This document shows, piece after piece, positions 56,600-64,000 of a stretch of 64,000 nucleotides of DNA; position 1 is the first letter of the stretch; every line of letters starts with the position of its first letter. Below the pieces are notes generated by a model. It worked only from the letters and a program-made list of their open reading frames with translations. It was not told where the DNA came from and searched no databases. The DNA is from Azolla caroliniana (lineage: Eukaryota; Plantae; Polypodiophyta), in assembly GCA_043228905.1 (NCBI GenBank), contig JBHGNT010000021.1, positions 5,332,001-5,396,000 on the forward strand, in the 5' to 3' direction. Position numbers and translations under genes: made by a program.

Positions 56600-58615
56600 T
56601 ACCACATATGGATCCCGCATTACGCCCACGTTGCGGAGCCGCTATACGGGTTGCTAAAGAAAGGGCGAAAATTCGAATGGCGAGATGAGCACACGGAGTC
56701 GGTCCGGAAGCTAAAGGAAGCTCTTTCGGCAGCACCGGCGCTCCGGAAGGCTGTCTACGGGAAGGGTACCCCGATATACATAACAGTGGATACGAGTCCG
56801 ACCGGGATCGGATGGGTCGTCAACCAAGAGGACAAGAACGGCATTCAGTTCCCGATCCGATTCGGCGCGAAGGTCCTCAGTGAACGACAGCGAGGGTACG
56901 CCCAGGTTAAACGCGAACTCTGGGGTATCGTTTCGGCAGTAAAGGCCGACAAAGACTACCTGATCGGGGCAGAAGTGGTTATCGAGACGGATTGCCTGCC
57001 GATTCTCGGCATGGTTTCCGGATGCGCGACACCGGACCTGGCGATGCTCCGGTGGATAGCGTACATCAAGTTCCTGGACCCGGAAATACGACACATTTCC
57101 GGAAAAGACAACGCCATGGCCGACATGCTTTCGAGGGCGAGGTTTGATGACGAGGGCGGCATGGTTTCGGAGGACGAAGAAGTCGGCGTGGACTTCTTCG
57201 AGGCGGCGTACGTGACGACCGATGGGGTGAGCACTCCGGCACTTAACGGCTTCGACGAGAGCAAGTACGACGGCGAGTGGCTACAGATCGATGGATTTTT
57301 GAGGACAATGACGCCGGATGCGTCATGGACGAAGGACGAGGCCAACCGGATCCGGAAGAAAGCATACCGATTCTTTCTCCGGGACGGATACTTATGGAAG
57401 CACCCGAAGAAGAGGAACGGCGTTCCGCTCCGGGTGGTGGCGATGAAGGAAGAACAGGAGGAGCTGCTGACGGCCTACCACGACAACCCTTGGGCTGGAC
57501 ACCGTGGAACGTGGGCCACGTTCGAGAAGATAAAGGGGAAGTACTGGTAGCCGGGACTGTACCGGGACGTGCATCAGTTCGTGACAACTTGCGAGAGCTG
57601 TCAGATGCACTCCATAGTCCGACATCGGGACGAGCTTCACCCTACGTATCCTCCGACCATCCACTTCAAATGGATGGTAGATCTGGTGACGATGCCGATG
57701 GGAGTAGGACAGATGCGGTATTTGGTCCTGGCTCGGGAAGATCTGACGAACCAGGTGGAAGGCCGAGCCCTTCAAAACAAAACGACCGCGGCCGTATGTC
57801 GGTTCCTGATCGAGGACGTGATATGCCGGTACGGGTGCGTCGGGAAGATCGTGGCTAATCGCGGGGAGTTGGACGCCGAAGAGGCCGAGGAGCTGTTCGA
57901 CTGGCTAGGAGTCAAGCTTTCGCTTACCACTGCGTACAATCCGGAGACGAATGGAAAGGTGGAGCGCGGACACGGACCGATCGTCAAGGCGTTAGTTCGG
58001 GCATGCGGAGCTCAAGTCGGGAACTGGCCGCGGTTGCTGCCTTACGCGTTGTGGGCGGACCGAACTACACACAGTTCGGTAACCGGATTCATGCCGGCAG
58101 AACTCATGTTTGGGCAAAAGCCGGTCATGCCGATGGAACGTACGATCTCCTCGTGGGCAATCGCGGACTGGAGAGACGAGATGAGCCGGGAGGAACTGCT
58201 GGCGGCGCGTATACGACAGCTCGAGCGAAGACCGGAGGACGTGGAGCAGGCTGCGGAAAGGCTTCGGGAAACAAGGATGAGGAACAAAGCCCGGTTCGAC
58301 CGAACGCACCGGCTCCGACCGAAGAAGATCGAGGAAGGTGACTGGGTGCTAGTCTACGACAGCAGCCTTGACAACCAGCACCGAGCGACACGGAAGTTCG
58401 CAAGAAGGTGGTTCGGGCCTTACGTGGTACAAAGCGCCAACGACAACGGGACGTACCATCTGGCGGAGCTCAACGGCACGAGAATGGCGATACCAGTAGC
58501 TGGGAAGCGGATCAAAGCGTTCAAGAAGCGTCACGACGACGAGCCGGATCCGGTTAGCCTGGACCGCGACGACGAACGATCCGAAACCGAGGAAGAACCG
58601 ACGGGCGGGGAATGA
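56600..58615 (+). pseudogene. Gypsy pol continuation (RNase H, integrase; stop at 57548-57550)
   Basis: YHIWIPHY continues the frame broken at 48523; VDTS, ADMLSR, GH..C..C, NGKVER, GPY. Confidence 0.9.
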
Positions 58616-59411
58616 AGGCTGGACCGGTTTTCTCCGTCCCAACTCAATTTGGCGCATGCCGATGGATGCGCGGTTAGGTGGGGGCGGATGTCGTGAAGAA
58701 AACCGTCCACGAGCGGAATCGGTGCACCGGAGCGAAGAAACCGACTCTTCATGCACGTGCGCCTTGAGTTGTACATAGGAGATCCTAGGTAGATTCGGTA
58801 GAGAGAGAGTAAAGGGGGAAACGGCTCCTTCCTTGCCTATAAAAAGGAGGGAGACGAGGAGGGGCGAGGGATCGCGGAGAATCGAGGACGAAGTGCTATC
58901 GGTTTGCGTGCAAAGGCTTCTCTCTCTCTCTCTCTCTCTGGTTCGCGAACTCCATAGCTTCCTTCTGTGCAGGTTTCGGGAGGCTCGCGCTGCTCTGAGG
59001 AATGCCCGAGTGCTTCCGGCAGCACCTCCAACCTGTTCCTGTCTTTCTGTGCGTTTACGAGCAGGTATCGGCATCTGTTCGCCGGCCTGTTCGGTTGTAA
59101 CCGACTTCGTGTTTTGTTGTCTTCGTGTTCTTGTTGTTTGTCTTGTCAATACATACATACATTCGTGTCTCTCTGTGTCGCTATCCCACTTGCGTCTTTG
59201 CGTCGAAGGGCGGTGTCCCTGTGGATCTACGCTCGCACGTAGAGGGATTCTTCCCCTCCTCTCTTGCTCTTTGGTACAGGACCCCCGAGGTTCCGCCTCA
59301 TTCCACGCATCCGCGAGGAAAACCTCGACACCGCGCAAAGAGGCAAGTACAGGAGGTCACTGGGTGGAACAATTTGATTGAGGAGAAAACTGGCTTCGTA
59401 GAAGCCGCGTT

Positions 59412-59859
59412 TGTTACCATACGAGATGTATGGAGAGTTGAGTGAGGGTGAAGAAACTTAATGTTGTTGTATGTATGTGCAATGTATACGATTATGAAAG
59501 TGTGAGTGTGGGCGGATTGATAAGAAGAGGTATGAGTGAGTGATTAGTGTGAATGACCAAGGGGGCGTGCACCCCTTTTGTAATTATTTAAACCCTTATG
59601 GGGAATGAATGGAAAAGGAAGGATTTCTCTCCCTTTTGTCATCTCTCTCTCTCTCTCTCTCTCACGTTGAACCCCCTTGGGAGGGGGGTGGAGCCATTCT
59701 AGGCGCCACCCCCCACCCCACAATGCTTCTCAATGCACATTACAATCATGTTATTACCCCGCAACGCTCATCATCTCCATCACCATCTATATTCGTCATC
59801 AATCCATCATCACTAACCAATTCCATCTTTCCGATCGATCGATCTTACGAACATTAACA
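59412..59859. mobile_element. Possible solo LTR joining two unrelated gag remnants
   Basis: TGTTA...TAACA ends at both gag breakpoints; no TSD. Confidence 0.4.
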
Positions 59860-60700
59860 CTTTATCCATCCCCACCAATCGTTGTTCCCGCTCCGAGAGT
59901 TGAGCAAAACGATACTCAAACTCTAAGAATGCTAGTGTTGCACTTCGGTGCACTTCTTCTCCGATGCCACCCATTCATCGAACTCTCGTCGAGCTCGTCC
60001 CTTCGATCTCTCGTAGTCATATGCCTCTCGTAAAGCTTCTTCAAAGGACCCCCATGTTGGATTTTGTTGCCGTATCTTGTAGATTCTTTCTTGTAACTCA
60101 TCTGTGGCTACCCAACTGAAGGATATCACTTGCAATCCTTCCGGTATCCGACATCGCATCATCTCCGCTTTGTAGTCACATAGATAGCGTGACACATCAT
60201 TTCCGTTGAATTCCCCATTTCGTCGCACAAGCCGCTCTATTGCCGCCTTCATCTTCGTCATCGCGCGTTGTTCTTGTTGCATCCGCTCAATCATCATCAT
60301 CATGTTCATCACCTCTTGTTGATTCTCCATCTCCATGCCACCCGTCTTCACGTCGGGTTCACCACTTGTGTCGTGCCTTTCAGCTCCAGATCGTTGCGTG
60401 AGTCGGGTGGGAACCACCGGGGTTTTGGACTAGGAGGAGGAAGAATTTGAGGCTAATCTAGTTATGAATATGAATAGATTATAAGAAAGAGATATAGAAA
60501 CTTGTGAATCCCACAAGTATAATTGTTTTAGTTTATCTTAATCGTAGTAATAAATTGAAATAGTTTAGAATAGATTAAAGTAGATTGAGAAAAGAGATCA
60601 AACCTTGTGAATCCCACAAATATTACATTAATCAATATTTATGTAAGAATATGAATTTAGATTGAAAGAGATAGATTATATAAAACTAATCGTGTTATTA
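59860..60700 (-). mobile_element. 5' remnant of another tRNA-Trp-primed gypsy: gag start 60336, PBS 60348-60364, LTR from 60369
   Basis: NGEFNGNDVSRYL gag motif; PBS TGGTGAACCCGACGTGA; LTR similar to 37821. Confidence 0.8.
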
Positions 60701-62300
60701 ATATATTTTTGTACCTTTTAGTCCTATGTTATTAATATATTTTTGTACATAAAGACAAATTTCGTGTGCATCCACACACACCCTCGTTCACACGTATTTG
60801 GCGAATTTTCTCCTAGTAGCCGGAATTCCCCACAACATCGTGGTAGAATTACAACATCTGAAAGAGAAAACAAAGGATTTCAAGAAGCTGTACCGGGAGC
60901 ATAAGGAGCTAGAGAAAAAATATGACTGGCAACGCGACAAATTAAAGGAAGCCCTCACGGAAGTAAAAGAGAAAACGGAGGCCTCGGCGATGCAAGAATG
61001 AGTCCTGTTACAACATCTGAAAGAGAAAACAAAGGATTTCAAGAAGCTGTACCGGGAGCATAAGGAGCTAGAGAAAAAATATGACTGGCAACGCGACAAA
61101 TTAAAGGAAGCCCTCATGGAAGTAAAAGAGAAAACGGAGGCCTCGGCGATGCAAGAATGAGTCCTGGAGGAGACAACGGTAAAGCTGTTAGCGGATGCAT
61201 CCAAGGAAAGATTGGAGTTGCTAACGGAGAAGAACATGATAATTGAATCGTCGAAGGTGGTATTGGATAAAGTGTAGATGACCTACTAGACCCAAGTAGT
61301 GAATTATGAGATTCAAGCAACATCAACGGCAAAATTGATCAAACAGCTCAAGCAGGAGAAACAAGACATGGAGGAACATGTGTAGATAGGGATCAAGCGT
61401 ATTCGGCTTATTGTTGGCGGATGGCGTGAACGGATGTGAAAGAATGGAAGAATGTTCGGCAATCGTTTAGGAGTAGTGGTCGAAACAAGCGGCTAAACGT
61501 CAAATACTCCGGGCTGATGCGAAGAACCGGAAGAAATCTTACTACAATTTTTATAAAATGGACCACGATAGCATCATAACTATCCAAGAGGAGTCGTCAA
61601 ATGACTTCTATGCTATGGCTCAGGTGCAAACTGATGGGGTCCGGAGGTTATTGGAAGAATTTTGACGACGATCAACTACAGTTGGAAGCTTATGAGCGAG
61701 AGAGAAGGAGAAAAGTAATTGAGCATATGCAAGAGCAACAAGCGGCGCAGATAAACATCAGCAATGAAGAGCAACCTATTACGGAGCCGGATACAACGAA
61801 GGAGCACTAGCTAGAGTCACAAACGGGCCAGCCAGAGACACAACCCAAGCAGCCAGCGGAAAAAGCAACCATGTAACAATAAGGTGTAGATAAACAACAA
61901 AGGACCGATACATATCAGCTACTAAAGGACAACGTTGCACAACAACATACGGCAAGTGAAGAGCACGAACGACCGGATCTGGTGGACATGCTCGAGGAAA
62001 GCTGAACGACGAAGGACTAGTGCTCATGGTTACGGATTATGGGATCGACGTGGAAGGCATTGTCCCACGGGCGTGCCGTGTGTTGCCCAAAGAAGAGTAT
62101 GTTACGAAGGTGTGAACCGGGGGGTCTAAAGGAGTAGATAATTAGAATATTATATTAAGTAATGACGGATCCGGATGGATGTACCGATCTAGATCCGTAG
62201 CGGATCTAGATCGGCGGTCGGTGCATGCACCATTTTGTATCAGAACCGGATGCCTATATAAAGGACCCAGATTGAATGTATTAGGGAGCGAGTAATATAA
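60700..62300 (+). mobile_element. Probable LTR element remnant: LTR end GTTCACA 60792, decayed coiled-coil ORF with 159-bp tandem duplication (60849-61166), LTR start TGTGAAC 62111
   Basis: LTR-end motif also seen at 34450-34500; TGTGAAC/GTTCACA inverted termini; TATA near 62255. Confidence 0.4.
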
Positions 62301-62304
62301 TCTT

Positions 62305-63600
62305 TGTGTCTACCTTGCGTACTTGCTTTCTGTACCTTCATGTTATAATATTTTGTATCAGATACTGCCCCGTGTGGTGGCCATGGCACACTGTACACCT
62401 TACATTTTCTCTTTGGGCGTATGCTTGGGGTCTTTCTATACGGGGTGGCCTCGGTGGCATGGGTGGGGTGGGATCCGAAGGCTTCTCACGGTTGTTTGTA
62501 GGTACTTGAGTGGGTATCCGTAACCCACTCATTGAATCTTCGAAAGTCATCATTACCGTGCAGGCTTCAGCAAATGACCGATGCATCCTAGCAATCAGGA
62601 AATTTTGGAGTGTTGGGTCAAACAACCCGTTGATGAAGCAGCTCATCAATTTTTCATCTGATATCTTGTCGCTCGGGCTACAACGATGGTGAAGGCTTTT
62701 CGTGCTACGAATGTAGTCCCTAACCGTCTCGTTCACTTCTTGCTTGAGGGCAAAAAGTTGGTCGATCGGGTTCCATTTATTCCCTCAACGAGCGAAGTTT
62801 ATTAGGAAATCTTCGATGACATACTCGAAGTCAGTGACGATGTCCTCATTCAAGGTCCTAAACCAAATTCCGGCTTGGTCATTGAGTGTAAGTCCGAGTG
62901 CGACTACTTTGGTGATCTCTGTGAGGGGCTCATAAGCTTGACATATCTGCTTGAACCTTTCTACATGATCATAGGCATCACCGAAACCGAGAAAGCGGGG
63001 TACTAGTTTAGAAATGGAAGCTCTCTTCCCGCTATCATTTGTAGGCTTTCTCGAATGGTCTGTGGGTGCTCGCTCTTTTTCCATCAATGCCATGAGGGTT
63101 TGGATGGATTGTAACGCTAGTGCGAGTTCTGCGTTTGGGGATATCGAGGCAGTTTGGTCGGGTGTTGGGGTCGTGTCCATACATCGTGGTGTTGGGTGTC
63201 GTTTCGTGTGGGCTTCGTTTGGACTGCCGCCCGTTGTGCTCGAATGCGGCGTGGGGTTGCGCTCACGGCCTCGGCGGTGCGTATGCGACGATGCTTCTAG
63301 GAGGTGAAGTTTTTGTTGTACTTGTGTGAATCTATCTTTCCTTTCCGCCAAAGTGGCTTCGATATCTCGGGTGATGCTTTCCGGTTGTCCTCCTTCCACA
63401 AGTTGTACCGTCCATATATTGATTTCTTGTTCTATCACCTGTAACTCCTATGCGGCATCACGTATGTGTCGCTCTACGCTAAGTGGGTCTGCCATTGGGC
63501 TCTCCTGTAGTGGGGGTATGTTGAGAGGTGCTTTAGTTGCTGGGCTCGATGGGAGGTTCATGTTTGGTAGCGTCCCCGAAGTTAACCACCCTCCATGGTA
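62305..63600 (-). pseudogene. Retrotransposon gag-like, degraded
   Basis: RFLGFGDAYDHVERF, AGIWF, LKQE.NETVRDY, FINGL, CTVCHGHH. Confidence 0.7.
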
Positions 63601-63732
63601 TCGAGTCGAGTTAGATGGGTCAGCACCGTGTGTTTGGTTGGTTTGGGTGGACTCCTCTTGGCGTGTGGGTCAGGTTTTGAACATCTCTGTCCATGAGGAT
63701 CCAGCCATGTTCTCTTTTCAAGCTTTGCGGGT

Positions 63733-63995
63733 TTGTCGAACTTTGATCTTTCGTTGAAGGATGTGGGTTCGTCGAAAGATGCGGGTTTGGCAAACTTTGA
63801 TCTTTCGTCGAAGGATGTGGGTTCGTCGAAAGATGCAAGTTTGGCAAACTTTGATCTTTCGTCGAAAGATGTGGGTTCGTCGAACTTTGATCTTTTGTCG
63901 AAGGATGTGGGTTCGTCGAACTTTGATCTTTCGTCGAAGGATGTGGGTTCGTTGAACTTTGAGCTTTCGTCGAAGGATGTGGGTTCAACGAAGGA
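63733..63995. repeat. 36-bp (18-bp subunit) tandem repeat
   Basis: AACTTTGATCTTTCGTCGAAGGATGTGGGTTCGTCG repeated with variants to the window edge. Confidence 0.9.
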
Positions 63996-64000
63996 TGACA

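Larger units (their letters stand above)
44263..59330 (+). mobile_element. Full-length tRNA-Trp-primed non-chromovirus Ty3/gypsy (Phygy/Selgy-like by inference) hosting the Tcn1-like insertion
   Basis: 642-bp LTRs 44263-44904 and 58689-59330; PBS TGGTGAACCCGACGTGA at 44909; PPT AGGTGGGGGCGGA; 4-bp TSD CCGC. Confidence 0.95.

Noticed and set aside
58349-59381. Long ORFs across gypsy LTRs (also 44407-45188) as accessory/env genes
   Set aside because: They lie in GC-rich LTRs spanning microsatellites on both strands and have no domain features
63620-63988. STNPHP/STKDQS repeat protein
   Set aside because: Translation of a 36-bp minisatellite upstream of a decayed gag; no evidence of coding function

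Overview
Eukaryotic, intron-containing land-plant DNA, probably a non-seed plant such as a fern, lycophyte or bryophyte (inferred from Tcn1-like and tRNA-Trp-primed Ty3/gypsy lineages). The first ~6 kb holds two host genes: the last two exons of a cytosolic glutamine synthetase and an intronless ARM-repeat gene resembling CMPG1/PUB20-26 but lacking a U-box, with a W-box-rich tandem-repeat promoter. The remaining ~57 kb is a nested transposon pile: a MULE and MITE, two Ty1/copia families, several tRNA-Trp-primed gypsy elements and solo LTRs, and a very young chromodomain-bearing Tcn1-like element. The main candidate new system is a TIR DNA transposon family with three decayed copies here. It pairs a Sola1-like DDD transposase (with a BAH/Tudor-like C-terminus) head-to-head with an intron-containing, bacterial-type beta-class N4-C/N6-A DNA methyltransferase gene, separated by a palindrome array. 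Other highlights are a Tcn1-like concatemer that preserves a self-priming intermediate, antisense tRNA-like modules in the U3 of three unrelated LTR families, CG-centred 4-bp TSDs, and two -1 frameshift cassettes. All calls are by eye; no searches were run.
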